Of a stretch of 64,000 bases of DNA, positions 27,926 to 38,805 are shown piece after piece. The stretch's first letter is position 1. Every line of letters begins with the position of its first letter. The notes beneath the pieces were generated by a model. It was not told the origin of the DNA. It searched no databases and saw nothing but the letters and a program-made list of their open reading frames with translations. The stretch comes from Sediminibacterium sp. (GTDB lineage: Bacteria > Bacteroidota > Bacteroidia > Chitinophagales > Chitinophagaceae). The translations under genes were made by a program, and so were the position numbers. Where the stretch lies: NCBI GenBank assembly GCA_037132335.1, contig JBAXPJ010000003.1:38297-102296 (forward strand). The letters are read 5' to 3'.

Positions 27926-30739
27926 ATGAATCGATTAATACTTTTTGCTTGTTTTTTTGGTTGTTCTTTTTTCTCGGAAGCACAAAAAAATGCAGCATCC
28001 ATTCAGGGGCTTGTTTTGGACACTGCAAGCAAAAAAGGACTAGCTTATTCCACCGTTTCATTGGTAAATGCAGCTGATTCTACTTTAATTAGTTTTACTA
28101 GGGCAGATTCTTTGGGTAAATTTCAAATAAAAGGATTGTCTAAAGGAGCTTATTTAATTTCTGCCTCTTATGTTGGCTTTGCACCTATTTGGAAAGCAAT
28201 TTCTTTAAAAGAAAACGAACAATTGCAATTGGGTAATTTGGAAATGACCGATTTAGTGAACGCAAGTTCGGTAACTGTTAATTCCAAACGCGCGCCTGTT
28301 GTTATGAATAACGATACACTCGAATTTAATACCGAAAATTTTAAAACCCAGCCCAATGCAGTGGTGGAAGACCTATTAAAAAAATTACCAGGTGTAACGG
28401 TTGATGCCGATGGAACGGTTCGAGTAAATGGACAGAAGATCACCCGTGTTTTAGTAAATGGAAAAGAATTTTTTACTGGCGATCCAAAATTAGCCACCAA
28501 AAATTTAGATGCTGATGCGGTAGATAAAGTGCAAGTGTTTGATAAAAAATCAGACCGTGCCATATTTACTGGTGTAGATGACGGAGACTCAGAAAAAGCC
28601 ATCAACTTAAAATTAAAAAAAGACCGCAATAAATCATTGTTTGGAAAAATTGCTGCAGGTGCAGGAAATGATAATCACTACGATGGTCAAACCAATATCA
28701 ATAAATTCAATGGAGACCAACAGATTTCATTTTTAGGAATGGCGAACAATACCAATAAGCAGGGTTTTTCAATTGGCGATGTATTAAACTTTTCGGGAGA
28801 ACTCTCTAGGGGCATGCGTTCTGGCGGTGCTATTTCAATTCGGTCAAGCGCCTCAGAAGACAATGCATTACCCATTTCTGGAATGGGACAAAACCAACAA
28901 GGTATAGCAAAAACATTGGCAGGAGGTGCCAATTTTAATGATATATGGAATAAAAAAACAGATGTTAATGCAAGTTTGGTTGGCAGTGATGTTAATTTAC
29001 AAACAAACCGTTCTACCAACCGATTAAATATATTGCCAGGAAACAATTTTAACTATGGCTCTAACAGTAATTCGGCTAATGAAGTAAAACAACAAAAAGT
29101 TAGTTTTAGTATTGATCAAAAAATTGATAGTAATAGTTCTTTTAAAATCACACCCCAATTTACGAAGCAAGAAAATAATACGAGCACTACAAGTACCTAT
29201 AGTTCTATTGACGAAAAAAATGTTCGTTTAAATGATGGTAGTAGTATTAGTAGCACGCATTCAAGTGCCGATAATTTGGTTACGAATGCACAGTTCCGAC
29301 AAAAATTAAAAAAGAAAGGACGTACTATTTCGTCTAATATTAATTGGAATTACAATAACAGCACACAAACAGGTTCTTTAAATAATCGAAATACTTTTTA
29401 TACAAATGGCATTGCGCAAAAAGACAGTATTACTAATCAAAAAAATAGTAGGGATGCTACCACCGGAAGTGTTGGGGCTAACTTAATTTATACCGAACCA
29501 TTTGGCAAAAAATCTTTGCTTGAGTTTGCCGTTTTTTACAATACAAGTAATGGCTTGAGTAATAGAAAGTCTTATGATTACAATAGTGCCACCCGTAATT
29601 ACGACCTGCTAAATATTTCTCAGAGCAATGATTTTAAAAACACTTATAAATATAGTGGCGGAAGTATTAATTGGCGTAGTAACCAAAAGAAATTCAACTA
29701 TACTTTTGGCGGCTCTTTACAAAGTGCTAGTTTAATTAGTACCAATCAAACAACGGGCAATACTATCAATCAACAATTCACAGATGTATTGCCAAAACTT
29801 GATATGCAGTTTAAAATAAATACTACGCGTAGTCTTGGTTTGAATTATAGTACATCTACGCAAAACCCTAGTACGTCTCAATTACAGCCAATTATAGACA
29901 TAACAGATCCTTTAAATACCTACACTGGAAATCCTAATTTAAAAAGGTCGTACCAACAGTCTTTGAGTATTAACTTTTTTAGCGCTAATACATTTACGCA
30001 AACCAATTTCTTTGCATTTATCTCTGCATCAAAAACAGATAATTCGATTGTTAATTCAGATCTGTTAAAATCGAATGGCGCTAGAACAAGTTCTCCTATA
30101 AATGCAGATGGAGTATACAATTTATTTGGAAATGCAAATTTGGGATTCCCTATTAGAAAACTACATTCGCGTTTAGACTTTGGTATTGGAACCAGTTATT
30201 TCAACAATATTTCATTCTTAAATAATGCAAAGAATTTAATTGAAAATACTAGTATCGGACCAAATGTTAACTGGAGTTTTAATGCTGAAAAAATTATCAA
30301 TTTGCGTTTGTCTGCTAGATTAAATTTCAGCAATGCAGTATACAGTTTACAGCCTCAAATGAATAGCCATTATTTACAACAGGTATATGGCATTGAAACA
30401 GATCAAGACCTTTTTTGGGGATTACAATTCAATAATAATTTCAACTATACAGTTAATACAGGTCGTGCAGATGGCTACAATATTTCCTTGCCTATTTGGA
30501 ATTTGTCTTTATCAAAAGGTCTGTTAAAAGACAATCGTGGAGAACTCAAATTCTCTGTAGTTGATTTACTTAATAAAAACCAAGGCGTTTCTCGCAATGC
30601 CAATCAAAACTATATTGAGGATACCCGTTATAATGTATTACAAAAGTTTTTCTTGTTAACGGCTACTTATCGCTTAAATAAATCAGGAGCTGGAGGCGCT
30701 AGTGGAACAGTGATGGTAGTGAATGCTGTTGGACACTAA
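27926..30739 (+). CDS. Outer-membrane beta-barrel / TonB-receptor-like protein (paralog of 13919-16768)
   Basis: NDTLEFN, EDLLKKLPG, VNGKEFFTGDP, GNPNLK, terminal strand FFLLTATYRL. Confidence 0.85.
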   Translation: MNRLILFACFFGCSFFSEAQKNAASIQGLVLDTASKKGLAYSTVSLVNAADSTLISFTRADSLGKFQIKGLSKGAYLISASYVGFAPIWKAISLKENEQLQLGNLEMTDLVNASSVTVNSKRAPVVMNNDTLEFNTENFKTQPNAVVEDLLKKLPGVTVDADGTVRVNGQKITRVLVNGKEFFTGDPKLATKNLDADAVDKVQVFDKKSDRAIFTGVDDGDSEKAINLKLKKDRNKSLFGKIAAGAGNDNHYDGQTNINKFNGDQQISFLGMANNTNKQGFSIGDVLNFSGELSRGMRSGGAISIRSSASEDNALPISGMGQNQQGIAKTLAGGANFNDIWNKKTDVNASLVGSDVNLQTNRSTNRLNILPGNNFNYGSNSNSANEVKQQKVSFSIDQKIDSNSSFKITPQFTKQENNTSTTSTYSSIDEKNVRLNDGSSISSTHSSADNLVTNAQFRQKLKKKGRTISSNINWNYNNSTQTGSLNNRNTFYTNGIAQKDSITNQKNSRDATTGSVGANLIYTEPFGKKSLLEFAVFYNTSNGLSNRKSYDYNSATRNYDLLNISQSNDFKNTYKYSGGSINWRSNQKKFNYTFGGSLQSASLISTNQTTGNTINQQFTDVLPKLDMQFKINTTRSLGLNYSTSTQNPSTSQLQPIIDITDPLNTYTGNPNLKRSYQQSLSINFFSANTFTQTNFFAFISASKTDNSIVNSDLLKSNGARTSSPINADGVYNLFGNANLGFPIRKLHSRLDFGIGTSYFNNISFLNNAKNLIENTSIGPNVNWSFNAEKIINLRLSARLNFSNAVYSLQPQMNSHYLQQVYGIETDQDLFWGLQFNNNFNYTVNTGRADGYNISLPIWNLSLSKGLLKDNRGELKFSVVDLLNKNQGVSRNANQNYIEDTRYNVLQKFFLLTATYRLNKSGAGGASGTVMVVNAVGH

Positions 30740-30745
30740 TAAATG

Positions 30746-30792
30746 CAATAAAAAAGCGCCAGGTTACTAAGTAGCCTGGCGCTTTTTTATTG
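30746..30792. terminator. Bidirectional intrinsic terminator
   Basis: CAATAAAAAAGCGCCAGG...CCTGGCGCTTTTTTATTG. Confidence 0.88.
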
Positions 30793-30802
30793 AAAATAGG
30801 TA

Positions 30803-31636
30803 TTAATCGTTTCTTCTAAATTGAATGCCTTGACCACCTTGACCACCAAAATTACTCATCATTTGCTGCATCAATTTTCTGTATTCTTCTTGTGTAACTA
30901 CTTTGCCTTTTTTAGGTTCTTTTAGTTCTTTTGCATCTACTGTTTTCTTTACTTCTTTTGCAGTAAATACAGTAGCACCATTGTCTACATTTAATTCTAA
31001 AATTACACCAGGTAATTGACCATAGCTTTCAGGACCTACAGGGCTAATTAATGCATCTGCAAACCATGCAACTATTTCCATTTCTTTTGGAGCGGCTGAT
31101 TTACTGCTGTCTGTTGTTGCTGATGGTGGAGGGCCTCCAGCTCTACCAAAAGCCGACATCACTCTAAGTGGAACAGGTGCTTTACGAGTTGCTTTGTGAC
31201 AATTGTAGCCCAAAATTTGCTTGGTTTCCATACTTAATTTCCAAGGTTGTGGCTTGATTGTATCAACAATTAAAAAAGTCTTTCCACCCAATTCTTGGGT
31301 TTGTATTGATTTGGTTTGTCCAAAATTTTTGTATAAATCTCCACCATCTCCGCCAAAGCGTGATACCATTCGCATCATTCCTCCGCCACCGCCTTGTCCA
31401 TCAAATGGATCTGGTGCTTCGTCTTCAGGAATTAGTTTAAATACAGAAATACTATCACTAAATATTAACGTATGCTTGCTTGTTCTGAATTCTGGCATCA
31501 TAGAACGCATTTGTTCGTTCTGTATCATCTTATACATATTGATTTTACGTTCAAACACAACTGTACCTTCTTTTTGTTGCGAAAACGCTACAATACAACT
31601 AGTTAATAAACTTAAGGAAAACAATAATCGTTTCAT
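30803..31636 (-). CDS. GLPGLI family protein
   Basis: ETKQILGYNCHKAT, AWFA, GPESYGQLPGVILEL; signal peptide. Confidence 0.88.
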   Translation of the reverse strand: MKRLLFSLSLLTSCIVAFSQQKEGTVVFERKINMYKMIQNEQMRSMMPEFRTSKHTLIFSDSISVFKLIPEDEAPDPFDGQGGGGGMMRMVSRFGGDGGDLYKNFGQTKSIQTQELGGKTFLIVDTIKPQPWKLSMETKQILGYNCHKATRKAPVPLRVMSAFGRAGGPPPSATTDSSKSAAPKEMEIVAWFADALISPVGPESYGQLPGVILELNVDNGATVFTAKEVKKTVDAKELKEPKKGKVVTQEEYRKLMQQMMSNFGGQGGQGIQFRRND

Positions 31637-31769
31637 TTTAATGGTTTTTGTGTTCCAAATCTAAACACTTAGCAGATACTAACCATTTAAATCAAGCAAT
31701 TTTAGGTTAATCTTTTAGATAATCGGTAAATAATGGCGCTTTCAATTGCAGCAAATTGCTTGAATGATA

Positions 31770-32909
31770 TTATTGATAACTGCCTAAACTGGCAAGTGCG
31801 GGTAATGCATTATTGGTAAAATCAAATAGCGTAAGGTTTTCCCAGCTTGATCCATTCGTAGCAATAGGACCTCTAAAACTTACCCATTCAGGCGCCCACC
31901 AACAGATACCCATACCAGTTTGTTGTGGTAACTTTTTCATTAAATCAATCAAGGCTTTTGTATAGATATTTTGTCCATCAACAGTGGCATCATAACCAGT
32001 AATTAGTTGACTGCTTAATCCTACAATATTATTGGTATTGTCGTTCCAAGCTAGTGAAAAAGGATAGGCTGTTTCTGCAATAAGAATGGGTTTTTGAAAA
32101 TGCGTGCTTAAAGTATTGAGTTGTATAGATACATTGTCAAAACTTTTTCCGTGCCAAATCATATAATAAGAAAGCCCAATATAATCAAAGCTAATACCTT
32201 GTTGAAGAACTGTGCTATAATAGGCATCTGCGCCGTCTACACCTGCAAAGTGAATCATTGTTTTGGTGTTATTATCGGCGTCTTTTACAGCGCGCAATCC
32301 TTCTTTTAATAGTATGGCATAATTAGTCCAATTCACATCGTAGGTTCCGCCAACCCTGCCGTCATTCCATAAAAATCCACCATTAACTTCATTACCAACT
32401 TGTACGATTTTTATGAGTACGCCAGCATTTTTAAAGGCCAATAATGCTTTGCTAGTATATTGGTAAATACTGTCTTTTAATACTGTTCCTGTTGCGTTTT
32501 TCCAGGCCGCTGGTTTGGTTTGTTTAGATGGATCGGCCCAGGTATCGGAATAATGAAAATCAAGCCAAATGCCAAAACCTTTGGCACTAAGTTGTTTGGC
32601 AAAATCAACTACTTCTAATAAACTAGAATGGGCATCTACAGGTGTGTGCCAAATACGTAAACGAATAGTATTAATGCCTTTGTCTTTGAAAATTTGCGTT
32701 AGTTCTTTTACCTGGTTATTGTCTTTAAACTGGGTTCCGGCACCAACAATTTCAGGTGTAAAAGAAAGGTCAACCGCCCTAATGAAATTAGCATTTAGCA
32801 CAGGTGGCGTTTGAACGATGGGGGCAACTGGCACAGTGATATCTGACTCATTTTTCTTACAAGCTGTAAGCATTAATAAAAGAGAAAAACATAGCCAAAT
32901 CACTCGCAT
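31770..32909 (-). CDS. GH53 endo-beta-1,4-galactanase, lipoprotein
   Basis: Lipobox LTAC, IRLRIW, DFHYSDTWADP, QVGNE, IAETAYP. Confidence 0.9.
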   Translation of the reverse strand: MRVIWLCFSLLLMLTACKKNESDITVPVAPIVQTPPVLNANFIRAVDLSFTPEIVGAGTQFKDNNQVKELTQIFKDKGINTIRLRIWHTPVDAHSSLLEVVDFAKQLSAKGFGIWLDFHYSDTWADPSKQTKPAAWKNATGTVLKDSIYQYTSKALLAFKNAGVLIKIVQVGNEVNGGFLWNDGRVGGTYDVNWTNYAILLKEGLRAVKDADNNTKTMIHFAGVDGADAYYSTVLQQGISFDYIGLSYYMIWHGKSFDNVSIQLNTLSTHFQKPILIAETAYPFSLAWNDNTNNIVGLSSQLITGYDATVDGQNIYTKALIDLMKKLPQQTGMGICWWAPEWVSFRGPIATNGSSWENLTLFDFTNNALPALASLGSYQ

Positions 32910-32913
32910 CAAA

Positions 32914-32921
32914 CAAAGGTA
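32914..32921 (-). promoter_or_regulatory. -7 promoter element (TACCTTTG), 4 nt from the GH53 ATG
   Basis: TAnnTTTG consensus. Confidence 0.5.
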
Positions 32922-33009
32922 TCGACCTGTAATTTCAATTTCAAAAATTTATTATTCAACAACCAATAGTGTTAGACTATTTTATATGTGCTGGCTATAA
33001 TAAGTCCCT

Positions 33010-33017
33010 TAACTTTG
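33010..33017 (+). promoter_or_regulatory. -7 promoter element (TAACTTTG) for kbl
   Basis: TAnnTTTG 19 nt upstream of the ATG. Confidence 0.6.
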
Positions 33018-33036
33018 GCGTTCCAAAAATATAAGA

Positions 33037-34224
33037 ATGAACCAAGCATTTTCAGACCGAATTCAAGCAGAATTATCAGCCATTGAAGCTGCAGGACTTT
33101 TTAAAAAAGAGCGCATTATTACCAGTGAGCAAGGCCCAGAAATAGTTGTAAATGGCAATACAGTTTTAAACTTTTGCGCCAATAATTACTTAGGACTTTC
33201 TTCGCATCCAAAAGTAATTGAAGCGGCACACAAAGCCATTGAAACGCATGGATATGGCATGAGTAGTGTGCGTTTTATTTGTGGCACCCAAGACATCCAC
33301 AAAGAACTCGAAGAAAAAATAGCCCAATTTTTAGGTACAGAAGATACCATACTATACGCTGCTGCATTTGATGCGAATGGCGGCGTTTTTGAACCTTTGT
33401 TTAACGAAGAAGATGCCATAATTAGCGATGCATTAAATCATGCGTCTATCATTGATGGGGTTCGTTTGTGTAAGGCACAGCGTTTTAGGTATGAGCACAA
33501 TAATATGGAAGATTTAGCATTGCAATTACAAGCAGCAGCAAATTGCAGAAGCAGAATAATTGTTACTGATGGTTCTTTTAGTATGGACGGAACCATTGCC
33601 AAATTAGATACCATTTGTGATTTAGCCGATAAATATAACGCAATAGTAATGATTGATGAATGTCATTCTTCAGGATTTTTAGGTAAAACAGGAAGGGGCA
33701 CGCATGAGTATCGTGGCGTGATGGGAAGGATTGATATTATCACCGGTACTTTAGGAAAAGCATTGGGTGGCGCAAGCGGTGGATTTACTTCAGGAAAAAA
33801 AGAAGTGATTGAATTATTGCGTCAAAGAAGCAGACCGTATTTGTTCTCAAACACTTTGGCACCAAGTATTGTAGGCGCTTCTATTGCAGTACTAGACATG
33901 CTCACTGAAACCACCGAATTGCGTGACAAGCTTGCATACAATACCGAATATTTCCGAACTAAAATGACCGAAGCAGGTTTTGATATTAAACCAGGAGACC
34001 ATCCAATTGTGCCAATCATGTTATACGAAGCAACTGTTGCACAAGCATTTGCTGCAGCATTATTAAACGAAGGTATTTATGTAATAGGATTTTTCTTTCC
34101 TGTTGTTGCAAAAGGATTGGCAAGAATTCGAGTGCAGTTAAGTGCCGCTCATACACAAGCGCATTTAAACAAAGCCATCGAAGCATTTACCAAAGTTGGA
34201 AAGCAATTGGGGGTGATTAAATAA
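33037..34224 (+). CDS. kbl: Glycine C-acetyltransferase (2-amino-3-ketobutyrate CoA ligase)
   Basis: [52 protein letters not shown]. Confidence 0.95.
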   Translation: MNQAFSDRIQAELSAIEAAGLFKKERIITSEQGPEIVVNGNTVLNFCANNYLGLSSHPKVIEAAHKAIETHGYGMSSVRFICGTQDIHKELEEKIAQFLGTEDTILYAAAFDANGGVFEPLFNEEDAIISDALNHASIIDGVRLCKAQRFRYEHNNMEDLALQLQAAANCRSRIIVTDGSFSMDGTIAKLDTICDLADKYNAIVMIDECHSSGFLGKTGRGTHEYRGVMGRIDIITGTLGKALGGASGGFTSGKKEVIELLRQRSRPYLFSNTLAPSIVGASIAVLDMLTETTELRDKLAYNTEYFRTKMTEAGFDIKPGDHPIVPIMLYEATVAQAFAAALLNEGIYVIGFFFPVVAKGLARIRVQLSAAHTQAHLNKAIEAFTKVGKQLGVIK

Positions 34225-34249
34225 ATAGCAGTATTACAAAAAATAGTTT

Positions 34250-35098
34250 TTGAATTTTTATTACAAATTGAAAGCATTGAAAAAACAAACAACATTGAAG
34301 TATTTATCTAGTATTTTTTTAATAGCCCTATTAGGAGCTTGTTCGCCAAATAATGTAACCATCGACAAACAAATAGCCACCATTTTTGACTCGAATAAAG
34401 TAACTGGTAGTTTTGCGTTATACGATAATGGAACAGGTCAGTTTACCATTCACAACCTTGTGCGATACAGAGATTCAGCATATTCACCAGCTTCTACTTT
34501 TAAAATTGTGAATAGTTTAATTGGTATTGAAACAGGTAGAATAGTGAATGAAAAAATGCTAATTAAATGGGATGGTCAAGTGCGCAGTAATATAGCATGG
34601 AATAAAGACCTAACAATGGAAGAAGCTTTTAATGTGTCTGCAGTGCCCTATTTTCAAGAAGTGGCTCGTAGAATTGGTAAAGACACCATGAAGTTTTGGG
34701 TAGATAGTATTAAATATGGCAATAAAAATTTAGGAACTAGCGTAGACTTATTTTGGTTAGATAACTCATTAAAAATTACCTCCGACGAACAAATGGGCTT
34801 AGTAAAAAAACTCTATTTTAACCAATTGCCTTTTCAAAAACGCACCCAAGATATTGTTAGAAAAATAATGGTGCGTGAACAAAATGCCAATTACAAACTG
34901 GCATATAAATCTGGTTTAGGCAATAAAGAAAATGGCAACAATATTGGTTGGATGGTGGGTTGGATTGAAGAAAACCGTCATCCATACTTTTTTGTTTTAA
35001 ATATTGAATCGGCGCCTGGTAAAGATATTACTAGCCTTCGATTAACTATGCTCAAAGCTATTTTACAACAACAAGGTTTTTTAGAAGGGAAAAGATAA
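34250..35098 (+). CDS. Class D (OXA-like) beta-lactamase family lipoprotein
   Basis: PASTFK, SAV, YGN, FWLD, KSG, GWMVGW; lipobox LGAC; true start may be a later TTG (34268, 34277 or 34295). Confidence 0.82.
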   Translation: MNFYYKLKALKKQTTLKYLSSIFLIALLGACSPNNVTIDKQIATIFDSNKVTGSFALYDNGTGQFTIHNLVRYRDSAYSPASTFKIVNSLIGIETGRIVNEKMLIKWDGQVRSNIAWNKDLTMEEAFNVSAVPYFQEVARRIGKDTMKFWVDSIKYGNKNLGTSVDLFWLDNSLKITSDEQMGLVKKLYFNQLPFQKRTQDIVRKIMVREQNANYKLAYKSGLGNKENGNNIGWMVGWIEENRHPYFFVLNIESAPGKDITSLRLTMLKAILQQQGFLEGKR

Positions 35099-35164
35099 GA
35101 AGCTATTAGTAAGGGTAGAACCATTTTGCCAATTTACTGTTAGATTTATAATATATTATCAACT

Positions 35165-37168
35165 ATGCAATTGTATTGTAATTCACTCACACAAATAACT
35201 AGACTAGCCACTAGAGAAGTGTCTATTGGTGATCTTAAATTAGGCAATTTTAATCCTATCCGCCTTCAAACAATGACCACTACCGATACCATGAATACAT
35301 TGGCTACCGTAGAACAAAGTATTCGTTGTATTGAAGCAGGGGCCGAACTCATTAGAATTACCGCACCTAGTAAAAATGAAGCAGAGAATTTATTAAATAT
35401 AAAAAATGAGTTACGCAAAAGAGGTTATAGTACACCACTAATTGCAGACATCCATTTTACGCCAAATGCTGCAGAAATTGCTGCAAGGATTGTAGAGAAA
35501 GTAAGGGTGAATCCGGGTAATTATGTCGACAAAAAAAAGTTTGAACAAATTGATTATACCGAACTAGAATACCAAGAAGAAATAGAGCGAATACATGAAC
35601 GCTTTTCGCCCTTGGTAAAAATTTGTAAAGAACACGGAACGGCCATGCGCATAGGCACCAACCACGGGTCTTTGAGCGATAGAATCATGAGCAGGTTTGG
35701 AGATACACCAATGGGTATGGTAGAAAGTGCCATGGAGTTTTTACGCATTGCTCGATACGAAAGTTTTCACAATATTGTTTTGAGTATGAAAGCCAGTAAT
35801 CCGCAAGTGATGGTACAGGCCTATCGACTACTCATTCAACAAATGGACGCAGAATTTGGCGAAGCCTATCCATTGCATTTGGGTGTTACAGAAGCAGGTG
35901 ATGGAGAAGATGGTCGTGTTAAAAGTGCTGCTGGTATTGGTACTTTATTAGAAGATGGTATTGGTGATACAGTGCGTGTAAGTTTAACCGAAGATCCAGA
36001 ATTTGAAATTCCTGTTTGTAGAGATTTGGTAAAACGCTATTCAATTCCATCGGTTCAAAACAATACCATTCCATCAATTGAAAAAATAAATTACGATTCT
36101 TTTAATTATACACGACGCAAAAGTTTTGCCGTAGAAAATATTGGCGCCAAACAAGTGCCAGTGGTCATTGCAGACTTAAGTAAATTGTCTGCAATAACAC
36201 CCGCAGATTTATTAAGTGTAGGTTATAAATACGACGCAGATACCGACAAATGGAATATTAGCGATGCAGCGGCTGATTATATTTTTACAGGACATCAGTT
36301 AATTAATTTTGCACTACCTGGTACTTTAAAAATTATTGCTTATCCTGCTGCAGCAGCAATAGCCAATGACCCGAGTCTTTATTTTCCTATTTACGATGCT
36401 GCCGGTTTTTTAGCAGCAACTGAACAACATCCTTCTTTAAATTTTGTAATGATAGATTGTTATTCAGATGCAACACCAATTAATGATTATACGCATCTTA
36501 CAGAAATAGCCAATCAACCCAATGTAGTTTTTTGTTTGAGTAGTAAAAACCAACATGCCATGCCTGCAGTTAGGCGGATGTTTATGGAATTGAATTTGCG
36601 CGATATAAAAAATCCGGTAATACTTACAACAGATAGTAACTGGCAAACAGCAGATGAACATTTAATACATTTTGCAACAGAAACAGGCGCATTATTATTA
36701 GACGGATTTGGCGATGGCATTTGTTTGGGTTTGACCCATACTTCGTATGTAAATTCTGTAGTGAACAATGCATCGGGTAGAAATTATTTAAACAACCAAA
36801 GTATTGAGCAATTCATTAACAATACAGCGTTTACTATTTTACAAGCAACCCGAACAAGGATTTCTAAAACAGAATATATTTCTTGCCCAAGTTGCGGTCG
36901 TACACTATTTGATTTGCAAGAAACAACTGCTAAAATTAGAAGTGTAACCAATCATTTAAAAGGCGTTAAAATTGCTATTATGGGATGCATTGTAAATGGT
37001 CCTGGTGAAATGGCGGATGCCGATTTTGGATATGTAGGATCTGGTGTTGGAAAAATTACTTTGTATAGAGGAAAAGAAATTGTGAAAAAAAATATTGAAA
37101 GCAATATTGCTGTTGCCGAATTAATTCAGTTACTCAAAGAAAGTGAGGCTTGGATAGAGCCAGCATAA
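35165..37168 (+). CDS. ispG: (E)-4-hydroxy-3-methylbut-2-enyl-diphosphate synthase, long form
   Basis: ADIHF, RVNPGN, RIGTNHGSL, HLGVTEAG, SCPSCGRT, MGCIVNGPGE. Confidence 0.95.
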   Translation: MQLYCNSLTQITRLATREVSIGDLKLGNFNPIRLQTMTTTDTMNTLATVEQSIRCIEAGAELIRITAPSKNEAENLLNIKNELRKRGYSTPLIADIHFTPNAAEIAARIVEKVRVNPGNYVDKKKFEQIDYTELEYQEEIERIHERFSPLVKICKEHGTAMRIGTNHGSLSDRIMSRFGDTPMGMVESAMEFLRIARYESFHNIVLSMKASNPQVMVQAYRLLIQQMDAEFGEAYPLHLGVTEAGDGEDGRVKSAAGIGTLLEDGIGDTVRVSLTEDPEFEIPVCRDLVKRYSIPSVQNNTIPSIEKINYDSFNYTRRKSFAVENIGAKQVPVVIADLSKLSAITPADLLSVGYKYDADTDKWNISDAAADYIFTGHQLINFALPGTLKIIAYPAAAAIANDPSLYFPIYDAAGFLAATEQHPSLNFVMIDCYSDATPINDYTHLTEIANQPNVVFCLSSKNQHAMPAVRRMFMELNLRDIKNPVILTTDSNWQTADEHLIHFATETGALLLDGFGDGICLGLTHTSYVNSVVNNASGRNYLNNQSIEQFINNTAFTILQATRTRISKTEYISCPSCGRTLFDLQETTAKIRSVTNHLKGVKIAIMGCIVNGPGEMADADFGYVGSGVGKITLYRGKEIVKKNIESNIAVAELIQLLKESEAWIEPA

Positions 37169-37207
37169 TTTATTCTCATTAAATTAATTTGCCCGATTGG
37201 GTTGGCT

Positions 37208-38803
37208 ATGGAAACAGACTTTCTTGTAATAGGTTCAGGTATTGCAGGATTAACTTATGCACTTAAAATGGCTGAGTTATATCCTAATAAAACCATTACA
37301 GTTATTACCAAAACAGCTACCGACGAAACCAATACAAAGTATGCACAAGGAGGAATAGCAGGTGTTTGGGACGAAAACAAAGACAGTTACAACAAACATA
37401 TTGAAGACACTTTAATTGCTGGCGATGGATTGTGTAATGAATCAATTGTTGAAATTGTAGTAAAAGAAGGTCCTGAAAGAATCAAAGAAATTATTGCATA
37501 CGGTGCTAGTTTTGATAAAGACGAATCTGGTGATTATAGTTTAGGCAAAGAAGGCGGACATAGTGAAAACAGAATCCTTCACCACAAAGATGTAACAGGT
37601 CAAGAAATGGAAAGGGCGCTACTCTCGGCCTTAGCTGCATTAAACAATATTCAATTATTGAATCATTGTTTTGTGATTGATATTATTACCCAACACCATC
37701 TTGGATTTTTAGTTACCAAATCTACTTTAGATATTACTTGCTATGGTGTGTATGCATTGAATAGGCATACCAATCAAATTGAAACCATCTTATCTAAAAT
37801 AACTGTTTTAGCTTCTGGCGGATGTGGTCAAGCATATCGCACCACCACCAATCCTACCATTGCTACAGGCGATGGGATTGCTATGGTTTATCGTGCAAAA
37901 GGAAAGATAGAAAACATGGAATTTATCCAGTTTCATCCAACCGCATTATTTGAGCCAGGTGTGTCTCCCTCTTTTTTAATTACAGAAGCAGTAAGGGGCG
38001 ATGGTGGCATATTAAGAAATAAAACAGGTGAAGCGTTTATGCAACGCTATGATGAGCGAAAAGATTTAGCACCTAGAGATATCGTTGCACGTGCTATTGA
38101 TAATGAAATGAAACGCACCGGAACAGAGCATGTGTATCTAGATTGTAAGCATATGGATCTTGAAAAATTTGTGCACCATTTTCCAAATATTTATGAGAAA
38201 TGTTTAAGTATAGGAATTGATGTAATGCAACAAATGATACCAGTTGCACCTGCTGCTCATTATAGTTGTGGTGGCATTAAAACAGACGAATGGGGTAGAA
38301 CTTCAATTAAACATTTATATGCTTGTGGCGAATGCGCAAGTACCGGCTTACATGGGGCGAATCGTTTAGCTAGTAATAGTTTATTAGAAGCAATGGTATT
38401 TGCGCACCGAAGTTTTTTAGATAGCAGTAAACAAGTGGCCAATATTAATTTTGAACAAGGTATTCCAGCTTGGCAAACAACGGGTACAAGTGATCCGCAC
38501 GAAATGATTTTAATAACTCAAAGTCAAAAAGAACTCACCCAAATCATGAGTGATTACGTGGGTATTGTCCGATCAGATAAGCGACTAGAAAGGGCTATGA
38601 AAAGATTAGACTTACTCTTTACTGAAACAGAAGAATTGTATCGATCTTCTAAAGTGTCACCACAATTATCGGAATTGCGAAACCTAATTACGGTAGGCTA
38701 TTTAATTGTAAAAGGGGCACAGTTTAGAAAAGAGAGTAGGGGCCTCCATTATAATACCGACCATCAAAATAAAACCGATATTTTGCAAAATATTATTCTG
38801 TAA
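37208..38803 (+). CDS. nadB: L-aspartate oxidase
   Basis: IGSGIAG, AQGGI, EGGHS, QFHPT, LAPRDIVAR, HGANRLASNSLLE, ESRGLH. Confidence 0.95.
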   Translation: METDFLVIGSGIAGLTYALKMAELYPNKTITVITKTATDETNTKYAQGGIAGVWDENKDSYNKHIEDTLIAGDGLCNESIVEIVVKEGPERIKEIIAYGASFDKDESGDYSLGKEGGHSENRILHHKDVTGQEMERALLSALAALNNIQLLNHCFVIDIITQHHLGFLVTKSTLDITCYGVYALNRHTNQIETILSKITVLASGGCGQAYRTTTNPTIATGDGIAMVYRAKGKIENMEFIQFHPTALFEPGVSPSFLITEAVRGDGGILRNKTGEAFMQRYDERKDLAPRDIVARAIDNEMKRTGTEHVYLDCKHMDLEKFVHHFPNIYEKCLSIGIDVMQQMIPVAPAAHYSCGGIKTDEWGRTSIKHLYACGECASTGLHGANRLASNSLLEAMVFAHRSFLDSSKQVANINFEQGIPAWQTTGTSDPHEMILITQSQKELTQIMSDYVGIVRSDKRLERAMKRLDLLFTETEELYRSSKVSPQLSELRNLITVGYLIVKGAQFRKESRGLHYNTDHQNKTDILQNIIL

Positions 38804-38805
38804 AT

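Noticed and set aside
35165-37168. Extra ~250-aa insertion in IspG
   Set aside because: This is the known long three-domain IspG form found in Bacteroidota, Chlamydiae and plants.
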